Shown: positions 1 through 9,645, counted from the stretch's first letter. The stretch: 64,000 nucleotides of DNA from Nitrospirota bacterium (GCA_963749655.1 CAVVOB010000030.1:289798-353797); one strand, 5' to 3'. Made by a program: numbers and translations. Notes: a model not told the origin generated them from the sequence alone.

Positions 1-410
1 AGCACCCACCCTTCACGATAGCCGAAGCAGTACGCTTCCTTCCCCACCATGCCGCCCGCGCCTGCGCAGACCATACCGACTCCCGCGATCATGATCAAGC
101 CTGCATACTGCTCGGGCGCGATAAGGGAGCCTGAGACCTGAAGGCCCAGTCCGGCAAGGACGGATCCGAGAATGAAGCCTTTCATCCATCCACGCCGGAT
201 CAGGAGGGAGAGGGCGGACAGCAATACTCCGGCTTCGAACAGCATGATGCCTGCGGTATAAAAGGGGCTTTCAAGCGGATACAATACCGCTGTCGCCCCT
301 GCGCCCAGTACCTGAACAACCAGGCCGGCACGGTAGGAGACATCTTGACGGCGTCCATGGGTCAAGCCTGACACTGCAATGTGTTGTTCCAGAGTTGGGG
401 GTGCTGACAT
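1..410 (-). CDS. DUF2301-like integral membrane protein (runs off window edge)
   Basis: Manual translation from ATG at 410: MSAPPTLEQH...hydrophobic helices...GMVGKEAYCFGYREGW. The KExxCF motif is typical of DUF2301. Confidence 0.7.
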   Translation of the reverse strand, partial: MSAPPTLEQHIAVSGLTHGRRQDVSYRAGLVVQVLGAGATAVLYPLESPFYTAGIMLFEAGVLLSALSLLIRRGWMKGFILGSVLAGLGLQVSGSLIAPEQYAGLIMIAGVGMVCAGAGGMVGKEAYCFGYREGWV

Positions 411-586
411 GGGAGCCTTATATCATGAGGGATCCAATTTTGCAAGGGTAAAACCCAAAAGGTCTATAACGTTGTGGCAAAATCACCTGTGACAACGGCC
501 ACACTGACTTTTTAATAGTTTCAATAGGAAGCAACTTTTTGGAGTCCTTGGCCATCTAAGAAGGCAATCCCCAGGGTAGAAAACTC

Positions 587-615
587 TTGACTTAAGTATG
601 TGACTTTGTTATAGT
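587..615 (+). promoter_or_regulatory. sigma70-type promoter upstream of the porin gene
   Basis: TTGACT-17 nt-TATAGT. Confidence 0.55.
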
Positions 616-1053
616 CCGCAATAAGTTTTTCCTGGAACTTACGTTTCAAACGCATTCCGAAGCTTTCCTGTAATTGCACAACGACGTGGCAGTTTGTAAT
701 AGTGGCAGTTTCGCGCGGCTCATACTAGCAATGATCACCACTAGCAGACCAACATATCGTCAGCATTCCCGCATTCCCTTTGATCGTTCCGGCACGATAA
801 AAGGGCATTTCACCGGAAGTGAATTCTCGGCAGTAAAAATAGAAATTGATATCTCTTCGCTATGTAAAGTTGAGGCTCAACATCCTTGGTTACATGGAAA
901 CGCACTCGATCTTTTATAAGGAAAGGGGGGGTGGGTAACTCATATAATACTTGCTTCAAAGTCCTGATTCAGCACCGTTTTGAGTACTATCATGAGGTTT
1001 CAGCACGTTCCGAGCAGAATTCGGAACAAAATCTAGCATAGGGAGGATAAACA

Positions 1054-2397
1054 ATGAAGAAGTTTTTTGTCTTGTTCGTAGTTGTGGCAATGACCTGCTT
1101 CAGCGCCATGGCCTTTGCCGCAGACGTGACCGTAGGCGGAAGCCTGGAAGTCCGGAGCAGGAACTTCAGCAATCTTGACCTGTTCAAATCCACGGACAGC
1201 AGCAGCGACGTACAGCGCGACACGCAGCAGCGGATTCGCCTGGATGTGGCAGCAAAGGCAGGCGACGATGTAAAAGGCAAGATCCAGATCGAGCAGGACT
1301 TCGGATCCGGCGGTCAGGATTGGGGTACCTGCAACGGCGGCGCTTGCCTCCCCTCCGCTGCATATGGTAATACCGGTACTGCCAACGGCACGGCCATCGG
1401 TTTCCGTGAAGCCTGGATCAGCTTCAACGTTCCTGGTGTTCCGGTGAACGTGACGGCAGGTCATCAGCTCCTGATGCTCGGCGAAGGCGGATTCTTCCGC
1501 TCCATGCATTATGGTTCCGATGCCTGGGTCGTTGCCAACGTGACCGGCAACAACACGCTCGCTTTCGTTGACTGGAAAGTCATGGAAGGCGCGGTCAACC
1601 GCTCCGATGATATCGATGCTTATGTGCTCCTCGATGTTTACAAGATCGACGACAAGAACACCGTCGGCATCAACATCACCCAGCTCAATGACCCCTATGC
1701 TTCGATCTCCAGCGCAACGGGATGGATGGGTTCGACGAGCAATCTCTTCAAGAAAATCGAGCTCACGAACTATGAATTGACCTACGGCGGCGCACTCGGC
1801 CCGGTGAATCTCAAGGCCGAGGTCGACTTCCAGCAGGGCAAGGCAACAGCCTCGACCTCAACAGGCAAGGACGTAAAATTCAAGGGCAACCTGATCCTGG
1901 TTAAGGGTAATTTGCCCGTGGATCCGTTGACCATCAACTTCACGCTCGCCCGCGGATCGGGCAACAAGAATGCCGACGTAACGGACGGCAACCAGTTCGT
2001 GAATGCTCTTGATGTCGATCCTCACTACACCTTCCTGTATGAGTATAAGCTCACGCAGAAGAATGCCGCCAACTACATTGCCGGCACCACCTCTTCCAAG
2101 AACATGGGCTTTGCTAATACCACGGCTCTCAACATCGGTGCTACCTTTGCCGCTATGAAGAACCTGAACATCGGCGCCAACCTCTGGTTCCTGCAGGCAA
2201 CCGAGAAAGTGGCTGATGTAAAGAACGGCGGCACTGCCAAGACCAACGAGCTCGGCAACGAAATCGATGTTAACATCGCCTGGAAGCTCTATGACAACCT
2301 GACTTGGAACTGGGACCTCGGCTACTTCATGCCCGGCAAGGGCATGGGTAAGGATGCCGCAACCGGTATTCAGGGCGTTCTCGCCTTCAAGTTCTAA
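1054..2397 (+). CDS. Outer-membrane porin (OmpJ / alginate-export-like beta-barrel)
   Basis: GGAGG RBS, Sec signal peptide (AMAFA|AD), alternating beta-strands, NELGNEID motif, C-terminal aromatic (AFKF). Confidence 0.85.
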   Translation: MKKFFVLFVVVAMTCFSAMAFAADVTVGGSLEVRSRNFSNLDLFKSTDSSSDVQRDTQQRIRLDVAAKAGDDVKGKIQIEQDFGSGGQDWGTCNGGACLPSAAYGNTGTANGTAIGFREAWISFNVPGVPVNVTAGHQLLMLGEGGFFRSMHYGSDAWVVANVTGNNTLAFVDWKVMEGAVNRSDDIDAYVLLDVYKIDDKNTVGINITQLNDPYASISSATGWMGSTSNLFKKIELTNYELTYGGALGPVNLKAEVDFQQGKATASTSTGKDVKFKGNLILVKGNLPVDPLTINFTLARGSGNKNADVTDGNQFVNALDVDPHYTFLYEYKLTQKNAANYIAGTTSSKNMGFANTTALNIGATFAAMKNLNIGANLWFLQATEKVADVKNGGTAKTNELGNEIDVNIAWKLYDNLTWNWDLGYFMPGKGMGKDAATGIQGVLAFKF

Positions 2398-2435
2398 TTC
2401 GTGCGCGCCATATCGGCGCTCATGACGCAGTATTT

Positions 2436-2469
2436 AAAGCCCGGGGGAGAAATCCTCCGGGCTTTTTTT
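2436..2469 (+). terminator. Rho-independent terminator after the porin
   Basis: AAAGCCCGGGGGA-GAAA-TCCTCCGGGCTTTTTTT. Confidence 0.8.
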
Positions 2470-2889
2470 GAGCGTTTTACGGAAGATCAGCAGAATTTTC
2501 CGAGCACTATCGGCATGTCTAACCACAAACGCCCGATATGTTCCCGCTGATGAAGCCCCCTTTGAGGGAGCTGCCGTGCAGTTTGCTGCCTCATTTAAAG
2601 AGCCGGTCAGTCGGGTCGGGAGGAGATCCACCAAGACTTTGTCTTCACGTTTCTCCGGGTAAATGTCAGTGCTGCCTTGTTTTTTCCCGCCTCGGTGTCT
2701 GTTCTATATCTCCCTGATTATGACTCTTATTGATCAAAAAATGCATCGCAACCGGCAGGAAAGGTCTTGTTCGGTGAAATATTGTGTGATAATATGCAGC
2801 GCGTCTGTCAGGGCTCTCATTGGTTAAATTGGACGAAAGATGTTTGAGCAAAGCACTGCATCACGGTACTCAGTTTTTGGGGAGAGAAA

Positions 2890-3270
2890 ATGGAGCAGAA
2901 TCGCAATGGAGCAACGATTCTCGTCGTGGATGACGAGCAGCCGGTAGCCGAGCTCACCCGGGATATCCTCCTTCGCTTCGGCTATAAGGTAATAATCTCG
3001 AACAGCGGAGAGGATGCTCTTGCACTGTATAAGCGGCAATCAGCCGAGATAGGAATGGTCCTGCTCGATATGGTCATGCCCGGTATGGCGGGCGCGGAGA
3101 TCTACCGCAGCCTGCGCGCAATAAACCCTGTGGTCAAAGTGCTCCTTGCCAGCGGGTATAGCCAGGACCGTGATGCGGAAGGGCTGTTGACCGAAGGCGC
3201 CGCAGGCTTTATCCAGAAGCCATACCGGATCAATGATCTGATAAAGGCGATAAACAAGGTCGGTTGCTGA
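2890..3270 (+). CDS. Single-domain response regulator (REC)
   Basis: ILVVDD, LLDMVMPGM, ASG and FIQKPY motifs. Confidence 0.9.
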   Translation: MEQNRNGATILVVDDEQPVAELTRDILLRFGYKVIISNSGEDALALYKRQSAEIGMVLLDMVMPGMAGAEIYRSLRAINPVVKVLLASGYSQDRDAEGLLTEGAAGFIQKPYRINDLIKAINKVGC

Positions 3271-3524
3271 AACCTTCAGCGAGACTAAACAACGGCAGGG
3301 GCGGACTTTATGGACGCTGCCGGCTGATGGCTGTCGCTTCTCTTCCTGATTTCAGCAGTCCTCGTCCTTCAGCCGCATGCCGAACCGCCTGGGCAGGGGA
3401 CTTTGAAATGTCCTTCCCCACGATTGCAGAAAAAAATAAAAAAACTCCCAGGCCCGGCAAATTTTCTACCGATCCCTGAGAGCGTGACACTATCTCTCTG
3501 CTTGAAAAGAATATGACCTGAAGT

Positions 3525-4379
3525 CTACTTCGGATTCTGCAGCCTGGCAGCCTTGACGACATGCTTGAGAAGAACCCGCGTCGTGACGGTGCCTACACCG
3601 CCGGGAACGGGCGTGATCGCACCGGCGACCTCCTTGGCCGGTTCGGTGTCCACATCGCCGAAGAGCTTGTCTCCCTCCACATTAATTCCCACGTCCATGA
3701 CCGTAGCGCCGTTCTTGATGTAATCCGTCGTGATCATCTTCGCCTTTCCGATCGCAGCGACAAGAATGTCGGCGCGGCGGCAAGCACCGGGCAGGTCCTT
3801 GGTCCGGGAATGGCAGACCGTGACCGTTGCGTTCTCGCCGAGGAGCAGCATGGACATGGGTTTGCCCACGACCATCGAACGGCCGATCACGACGGCTTCC
3901 TTTCCGCTCATCGGAATCTGATAGAAACGAAGGATTTCCATGACCGCCTGCGGTGTTGCCGGCGGGAAGCCGGTCATATCTCCAGCCATGATCTTGCCGG
4001 CATTCACGGGATTAAAGCAGTCTACGTCCTTTTCCGGTGAAAGGATGTACTTCACAACGTCCTCGCTGATCTGCTTGGGGAACGGCCGCATCACGATGAT
4101 GCCGTGAATGTTCTTGTCCGCGTTACGCTGCTTAAGGACGTTCACAAAATCGTCCTGGCTCGTGGTCCCCGGCAGTTGCTCGATATCGCAGCCGATGCCG
4201 TTCTTTTCAGCCATCTTTTTTGCGCTGTTCGCATAGGCCAGCGAATCAGCGGCCTCTCCCACGATCATGATCTTGAGCGTGGGGTTGACGCCCTTTGTCT
4301 TGAGTTCCAGGACTTCTTTCTGAATGTCCTGGTCCATCTTCTGCGCCACTTCTTTTCCCGTCAGTAGTTTAGCCGGCAT
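3525..4379 (-). CDS. folD: Bifunctional methylene-THF dehydrogenase/cyclohydrolase
   Basis: PEKDVD, GRSMVVGKP, DVGIN, GDVD and ITPVPGGVG motifs. Confidence 0.97.
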   Translation of the reverse strand: MPAKLLTGKEVAQKMDQDIQKEVLELKTKGVNPTLKIMIVGEAADSLAYANSAKKMAEKNGIGCDIEQLPGTTSQDDFVNVLKQRNADKNIHGIIVMRPFPKQISEDVVKYILSPEKDVDCFNPVNAGKIMAGDMTGFPPATPQAVMEILRFYQIPMSGKEAVVIGRSMVVGKPMSMLLLGENATVTVCHSRTKDLPGACRRADILVAAIGKAKMITTDYIKNGATVMDVGINVEGDKLFGDVDTEPAKEVAGAITPVPGGVGTVTTRVLLKHVVKAARLQNPK

Positions 4380-4407
4380 GGTGGGCTCCTTTTCAATAAC
4401 TTATTTT

Positions 4408-4487
4408 TGCATAGGGCAGAGAGCAAAGGGCAGAGAGAAACGACAAGTTCCATTAGAGAACAGTGCCCCATGCGCTATGCTCCATGC
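4408..4487. repeat. Heptamer-type tandem/inverted repeat hairpin between the cyclodeaminase gene and folD
   Basis: GCATAGG GCAGAGA GCAAAGG GCAGAGA ... CCCATGC GCTATGC TCCATGC. Confidence 0.55.
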
Positions 4488-4493
4488 CGAATC

Positions 4494-5120
4494 TTATCCC
4501 ATCTTCTTATAGGTCGTCGTCATAACGGATTTTTCAAGCGCCGCCACTTGAGCGAGGACATCCTGCATGCGGCTCCACGTTTCCTTGTTGTAGGACTCGT
4601 CCTTGATGCTGTTGACATTGATCTTGACGTTCAGAGCCGCACTCTGCGCGCAGGCCTGGGCGAGAAGCACTGCCACGCCTGCGTCGCTTACCGCCGCCGT
4701 ATTGCCGATTTCCGCAGCGCGCTCAGAAAGTTTTGCCACCTCAAGGGATTTAAGGCCGATTTCAAAGGGGACCTGGCAGGCTTTCTTCAGAGCTTCCTGC
4801 ATCTTTTCGGTTCTCGCGGCCTTTTCAGCGTCGGTGTTCTTCGGCATCTTGTAGACCGCTGACAGAGCGCCGTACGCTTCCGTGTCCTTCTGGATCAGGT
4901 CCTGCATCTCCCCGCGAAGCTTTTCCGATGCCGCCAGCAAAGTCTCGATAGCCGGCTGAACATCTTTGTATTTTTCCTTGCCGAGCGTCAAGTTCGCAAC
5001 CATGCTCACCAGTGCCGCACCGAGGGACCCGACAAGGGCGGCCACACTGCCGCCGCCCGGCTCCGGTGACTTGCTTGCCAGTTTGTCCATGAAGTGCCGT
5101 AAAGGCTGATCTATATACAC
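4494..5120 (-). CDS. Cyclodeaminase/cyclohydrolase family protein (FTCD C-terminal domain)
   Basis: PEPGGGSVAA, SMVANLTLGK, SDAGVA and LNVKIN motifs. GTG start after an AGGAGG RBS. Upstream of folD. Confidence 0.9.
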   Translation of the reverse strand: MYIDQPLRHFMDKLASKSPEPGGGSVAALVGSLGAALVSMVANLTLGKEKYKDVQPAIETLLAASEKLRGEMQDLIQKDTEAYGALSAVYKMPKNTDAEKAARTEKMQEALKKACQVPFEIGLKSLEVAKLSERAAEIGNTAAVSDAGVAVLLAQACAQSAALNVKINVNSIKDESYNKETWSRMQDVLAQVAALEKSVMTTTYKKMG

Positions 5121-5164
5121 AATGTCCTCCTGCAATGATAATAATGTTGTGACGTGGGATAAAA

Positions 5165-5193
5165 AGAATAAAGAAAGCGCCGTTTTTTGTCAA
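5165..5193 (-). promoter_or_regulatory. sigma70 promoter for the cyclodeaminase-folD operon
   Basis: Minus strand TTGACA-17 nt-TATTCT. Confidence 0.6.
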
Positions 5194-5194
5194 T

Positions 5195-5270
5195 AAAAAA
5201 ATGCTCCCCAACACGAATCAGCCGTGTCGAAGGAGCATTTCAGGGGAGGCACGATAAAGCAACACAATAC
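5195..5270 (-). ncRNA. Candidate ~75-nt small RNA with anti-Shine-Dalgarno motif
   Basis: Has its own promoter (5277-5305), a GCCTCCCCTG segment, then the hairpin AAATGCTCC..ACACG..CGTGT..GGAGCATTT with a T tail. No ORF. Confidence 0.5.
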
Positions 5271-5276
5271 GAACTA

Positions 5277-5305
5277 TTTATAATGGTAATTATAGAACAA
5301 GTCAA
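5277..5305 (-). promoter_or_regulatory. sigma70 promoter of the candidate sRNA, overlapped by an AT-rich Fur-box-like palindrome
   Basis: Minus strand TTGACT-17 nt-TATAAA. TATAATGGTAATTATA lies across the -10 and spacer. Confidence 0.55.
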
Positions 5306-5390
5306 GTGGAAAATAGCAAAACTTTATCTTGACTCTATTTCGTGAGCTTTGGTATTATACATGCTCTGGCGTAGGGAGGATGTTTGCTGC

Positions 5391-6107
5391 ATGGATATTT
5401 CGCACGGTTTGACGCTTCCGGCGTTATCGTTTTCTGTTCTCATGGGATTCGTTTCCTTCGCATCGCCATGCATCCTTCCCCTGATCCCTTCTTATGTATC
5501 GTATATCACCGGCATCAGCTACGACGAACTGGTAGGGCGGGAATCCCGCAGGCGCACCATCAACATCAGCCTGCTTCATTCTCTTGCCTTTGTCGCCGGC
5601 TTTACCATTATCTTTGTGCTGCTCGGCGCAACCGCGAGCCTTGCAGGTAACGTTCTTTCACAGCATCTCGATGCGATTCGCATTGCGGGCGGAGTGCTTA
5701 TCATCCTCATGGGCGTATTCGTCATGGATGTCGTCCAACTCCCCTTTCTGCAGCGGGAGGCGCGTCTGCAGCTTAAGACTCGCCCCGCCGGTTTTTTCGG
5801 GACCGTTGTCGTGGGGATGGTCTTCGGAGCCGGCTGGACGCCCTGTACGGGCCCCTTTCTCGGCTCTGTCCTGGCGCTTGCGATGGAGGCTGATACGCTG
5901 AAGCGCGGCATGGTGCTTCTCACCTTTTACTCGCTGGGGCTGGGGATCCCCTTTATCCTCTCGGCTGTCGCAATCAGCGCGTTTTTGTCGTCTTTCAACA
6001 GGTTGAAAAAGCATTTCAAGGTCATGAAAATCGTGAGCGGTGCGGTTCTGGTCATCATGGGTGTGCTCCTGATCACGGACAAAATGACCATCCTCATAAT
6101 TCGATAG
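5391..6107 (+). CDS. ccdA: Cytochrome c biogenesis protein CcdA
   Basis: SFASPCILPLIPSY and GWTPCTGP motifs, multiple TM helices, GGAGG RBS before ATG 5391. Confidence 0.93.
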   Translation: MDISHGLTLPALSFSVLMGFVSFASPCILPLIPSYVSYITGISYDELVGRESRRRTINISLLHSLAFVAGFTIIFVLLGATASLAGNVLSQHLDAIRIAGGVLIILMGVFVMDVVQLPFLQREARLQLKTRPAGFFGTVVVGMVFGAGWTPCTGPFLGSVLALAMEADTLKRGMVLLTFYSLGLGIPFILSAVAISAFLSSFNRLKKHFKVMKIVSGAVLVIMGVLLITDKMTILIIR

Positions 6108-6130
6108 AGACTCGGGGGAATAATAACGTT

Positions 6131-6553
6131 ATGTCAGCGGACGGCTTGGATGTACTAAAGGACAAGGATGCACCGCTCTATACCATGGGGGTTGCCGCGA
6201 AACTCGTCGGCACCACGGCTCAGACGCTCAGGCTTTATGAGAAGCACGGCCTGATCCTTCCCACGCGGGAGCGCAGGAACAGGTTGTACACGGAGAACGA
6301 CATCAAGTGGCTCCGGTGCATCCGGGAATTAATTCATTCGAAAAAGATAAGCATCGAGGGAATAAAAAAGCTGCTGGACTATGCGCCCTGCTGGGAGATC
6401 AAGGATTGCCCCGACGATCGCCGCGTGGTTTGTACGGCATTTACGGACAAGAGCAAGCCGTGCTGGGAAACAACCCGGTGCCGCATGGAAAATGACTGTT
6501 CCACCTGCGTGGTGTTCCTGAAGAACGGGAAGAAGGCCGCGAAGAAACAGTAG
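6131..6553 (+). CDS. MerR-family regulator with Cys-rich C-terminal (two CW motif) domain
   Basis: TLRLYEKHGLI..R...NRLYT HTH. C-terminus CWEIKDC..C...CWETTRC....CSTC. Confidence 0.88.
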   Translation: MSADGLDVLKDKDAPLYTMGVAAKLVGTTAQTLRLYEKHGLILPTRERRNRLYTENDIKWLRCIRELIHSKKISIEGIKKLLDYAPCWEIKDCPDDRRVVCTAFTDKSKPCWETTRCRMENDCSTCVVFLKNGKKAAKKQ

Positions 6554-6583
6554 CCATCCGACAGCTGCAGGACCTGAATAAAC

Positions 6584-6617
6584 AAAAGCCGGGAGCCAAT
6601 TCGCCTCCCGGCTTTTT
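6584..6617. terminator. Bidirectional intrinsic terminator
   Basis: AAAAGCCGGGAG...CTCCCGGCTTTTT between convergent genes. Confidence 0.8.
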
Positions 6618-6634
6618 CTGTCCACGGCTTCCTT

Positions 6635-7309
6635 TTAGGGATGCTCATCCACCCACACTTCGCCGTCGGGCGTGGTCTCTTTCTTCCAGATCGGCGTGAT
6701 GCGTTTCAGTTCGTCGATGCAGAACCTGCAGGCCTGAAAAGCCTCCTGACGATGACCTGAGGCGACGACGATCAAGACGATGTCCTCTCCCACCGGCACG
6801 GTACCTATGCGATGAACGATCGTCGCGTCGATCACGCCGAACTCCTTGATCGCCCGCTCCCTGATTTCTCCGAGCTTCTTTTCAGCCATGCCGGGGTAGT
6901 GCTCGAACTCGAGCTTTGCTACCTCTTTTTCCCGCGAGACGTCGCGCGTCGCTCCGAGAAAGGTTACGACAGCCCCGATGGATGTCGACCCTTTTTTCAA
7001 TTCTCTGACTTCGTGCTCGATTGAAAAAGGCTCCGCCTGGACACGAACATGTCCGCGTGCCGTATTCCCGCCTGAAAAGGGCGGCATGAGCGCCACCTCG
7101 TCTCCGTCCCTGACCGGCGCCTCAGGCCTTGCTAATTCCTGGTTCACCGTTACCATGATCCTGCCGCAGGAAAGGATGTCCGCCAGCGACGGTTGTTCGC
7201 GGGCCACCTGTGCAAGCAGTGCAGCGATGGTGCCGCCCGCGAATTCAACGATTAACTCGTCAGTGCCTGCTTTTTCTCTTAAGAGAGCAAATAATTTGAC
7301 CGTTATCAT
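6635..7309 (-). CDS. moaDE: Fused molybdopterin synthase MoaD-MoaE
   Basis: MITVKLFA.LRE...DGDEVALMPPFSGG (MoaD) then GAVVTFLG.TR, HRIG, IDELK..PIWKKE (MoaE). Confidence 0.92.
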   Translation of the reverse strand: MITVKLFALLREKAGTDELIVEFAGGTIAALLAQVAREQPSLADILSCGRIMVTVNQELARPEAPVRDGDEVALMPPFSGGNTARGHVRVQAEPFSIEHEVRELKKGSTSIGAVVTFLGATRDVSREKEVAKLEFEHYPGMAEKKLGEIRERAIKEFGVIDATIVHRIGTVPVGEDIVLIVVASGHRQEAFQACRFCIDELKRITPIWKKETTPDGEVWVDEHP

Positions 7310-7469
7310 AAGCGTAGCGTCCTTCGCCGCGACCGGCCGTTTGATGGCCGGACACCGGGTCTTAGAAAGTGAGAATTCCTGCTGCAGGGAGCCTTGGCCT
7401 GCGCTGACTGTGAAAAAATTTGGTCCTGAACAACTGCACGGATTGCATCGGGCTCGATCCTGTTCCCGA

Positions 7470-8312
7470 TCAGTATGCTCCGGCAAGAAGTGGTTTGCCG
7501 GAGCGAGGAAAGACATCGGCCGATTCCGCCTCCGCGAAGAGCCTGTCCACGGCCTTGATACCCTCAGGTCCCAGGTCGAGCGAAAAGTCGTTCACATAAA
7601 GGTCGATGTGGCTCTTCATCACGTTGTTGTCCATCTCCTGGCTGTGCTGCCGGCAGTATTCCAAAACTTCTTCACCGTGAGATCTGGCGTAGGTGAGGCT
7701 TTCTCTTATGCCCGCCTCCACGCTGAGCAGGACCTCGGAGCCGAGAACGCGTTTTCCGAGAATGGCGCCCAGGGGGATGGGAAGTCCCGTGTGTTCCTCC
7801 CACCATGCTCCGAGATCGATCAGCTTTTCGAGTCCATACAGCGGATAGGTAAAGCGGCTCTCATGAATGATGAGCCCGGCCCGGGCCGTGCCTTCCGAAA
7901 CGGCGCTCATGATGCGGTCGAAGGGCATGACGATGATATTCGCAAGCGAGGGATCGAACAAGCGAAGGAGCAGGTAGGCCGTGGTGAGCGCGCCGGGGAT
8001 GGCAATGGGGCCTTCCTTGATATCGGACAACCCGGTCCCCGGACGTACCACGAGGAGAGGGCCGCAGCCCCGGCCGAGCGCACCGCCGGAGCGAAGCAGC
8101 GCATAGTGCTCGCGAAGGTGCCCCAGGGCATGATAGGAAATTTTGGTTATATCAAGCCGGTTGTCGAGTGCCAGCTGGTTCAGGGTTTCGACATCTTCGA
8201 GCCGCTCCTCGAACCTGATGCCCGGTACCCGGACACGACCGTGGATGAGGGCGTAAAAAATGAATGTGTCGTTGGGGCAGGGCGAGTAGCCGATCGTAAG
8301 GGTCTGACTCAT
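7470..8312 (-). CDS. mqnD: 1,4-dihydroxy-6-naphthoate synthase
   Basis: GYSPCPNDTF, LRSGGALGRGCGP, IIHESRFTY and HIDLYVN motifs. Confidence 0.95.
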   Translation of the reverse strand: MSQTLTIGYSPCPNDTFIFYALIHGRVRVPGIRFEERLEDVETLNQLALDNRLDITKISYHALGHLREHYALLRSGGALGRGCGPLLVVRPGTGLSDIKEGPIAIPGALTTAYLLLRLFDPSLANIIVMPFDRIMSAVSEGTARAGLIIHESRFTYPLYGLEKLIDLGAWWEEHTGLPIPLGAILGKRVLGSEVLLSVEAGIRESLTYARSHGEEVLEYCRQHSQEMDNNVMKSHIDLYVNDFSLDLGPEGIKAVDRLFAEAESADVFPRSGKPLLAGAY

Positions 8313-8386
8313 AGGGCGTCCCGCACCAGGCTGACTGAGACCGGATTGTGTCTTTTCCGGGGTTTATTCCGCATTCCGCAATCGTT

Positions 8387-9118
8387 TCACCTCTCCCAGT
8401 CCTCCACGATACAGCGCACGGCCTGCTGCACCGCCCGGACTGCCCGGGGAATGTCCCACGTTGCGAGGTCCCGGTCCTTGACGAGATTGGAGATGCCGCG
8501 CACTTCGAGCCAGGGGACTCCGTGCAGTTCCGCAACCTGCGCCACTGCAGCGCCCTCCATGTTCTCACACAGGCCGTGATACCGTTGTTCGAGCTCTCGC
8601 GCCCGCGCTGCGGTTCCGGTGCAGGTAGACAGGGTCACAAAGGAACCGACGTGGACGCTGCTTTTGTCCATCTTCCGGCTTTCAAGGAGCGAGCGGAGTG
8701 AACGCCGTACGAGCTGCTCCGATGCGGCGTAGGTCGAATAAATCACGGAGGAAGCGGTCTTGATCAGGGGGATGCCGATGTATTCCGCGTCCTTGAACCC
8801 TTCATGGGTCAGCACGCCTTCGTCGCCCGCGATCTCCTCCTTTGCGAGCGCGATGTCGCCGATGCCGGCTCCTGCGGACGGGTAGGCGCCGCCGATGCCG
8901 AAAACGACGAGGGCATCGCAATCAAAGCGCGTAAGAAGCAGCGTTGCAGCGTGGGCCGCATTCACCTTGCCCATGCCGCTGACGCACAGGAGGACCGGCT
9001 TGCTGCCCAGTCTGCTCTCGATCACGGAGAGGGAGCCCACCGTAGTGGTCCTCGCCGCGTGGTCCTCTCCGAGGAGCAGATTTGCCTCCGACTCGACCGA
9101 ACAGATGAGTGCGATCAT
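8387..9118 (-). CDS. mqnB: Futalosine hydrolase
   Basis: PNP/MTAN fold (GMGKVNAA, GIGGAY, ENMEGAAVA, EVRGISN). Adjacent to mqnD. Confidence 0.9.
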   Translation of the reverse strand: MIALICSVESEANLLLGEDHAARTTTVGSLSVIESRLGSKPVLLCVSGMGKVNAAHAATLLLTRFDCDALVVFGIGGAYPSAGAGIGDIALAKEEIAGDEGVLTHEGFKDAEYIGIPLIKTASSVIYSTYAASEQLVRRSLRSLLESRKMDKSSVHVGSFVTLSTCTGTAARARELEQRYHGLCENMEGAAVAQVAELHGVPWLEVRGISNLVKDRDLATWDIPRAVRAVQQAVRCIVEDWER

Positions 9119-9210
9119 GGTCTTCCCTGACTTGACCCCGCTGGCCTTGAGAGCATTCAATGCAGTCCTGTATCGTCAACGCTGCCGTCCTGTTCCTCCA
9201 TGAAGAAGTG

Positions 9211-9645
9211 TCAGAACTCCAGCATTGCCCCGCCCGATCTTTCGTCAACCTTCTTGCGGGCCTCAATCCCCGACATCTCTGCAATGACTGCCTCGACAAC
9301 AAGATATATCGAGCTGTCTCTGCGGATGCATCCCGTTACGGTCTGGTGGTCCCGTCCCACGGCGCAGTAGAGGTGGATAACCGGATCCTCACCCTTCCGG
9401 AACAGGGTATCGATGCCGAGGACCTCGCGGCCGTCGGAGAAGTCGAACCAGAGGGGTGTCAGCGGGATCTCGGGTTTTTGCGGTCCCGATACAACGCCGG
9501 CTGAACAGAGGCCTCCCGGGAGCAGGATCGTAGCGACCCTGATATTTTCGCTGACTGCCATGGTTCTTCAGGCCGCCGGGAAGATTGTCCTGGTCATCGA
9601 ATCGAACCAGAAAAACCCGACCAAGGGCACCCTGGTGGCATTTCG
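9211..9645 (-). pseudogene. Degenerate PPC/DUF296 DNA-binding protein
   Basis: GALGRVFLVRF... continues in another frame into AVSENIR...EVLGIDT...IHL. There is no good start codon and the conserved HxH is altered to HLYC. Confidence 0.65.

Noticed and set aside
3378-3395. GCCGAACCGCCTGGGCA resembles the 3' hairpin of the ZTP (pfl) riboswitch near folD
   Set aside because: It is downstream of and antisense to folD, and the 5' GACTGGCG...GGGAG part is not present.
6978-8579. 533-aa plus-strand ORF and other long antisense ORFs (e.g. 17333-18583, 23424-24614, 27532-29112, 34703-35935)
   Set aside because: Shadow frames of well-supported high-GC genes on the opposite strand; no recognisable motifs.
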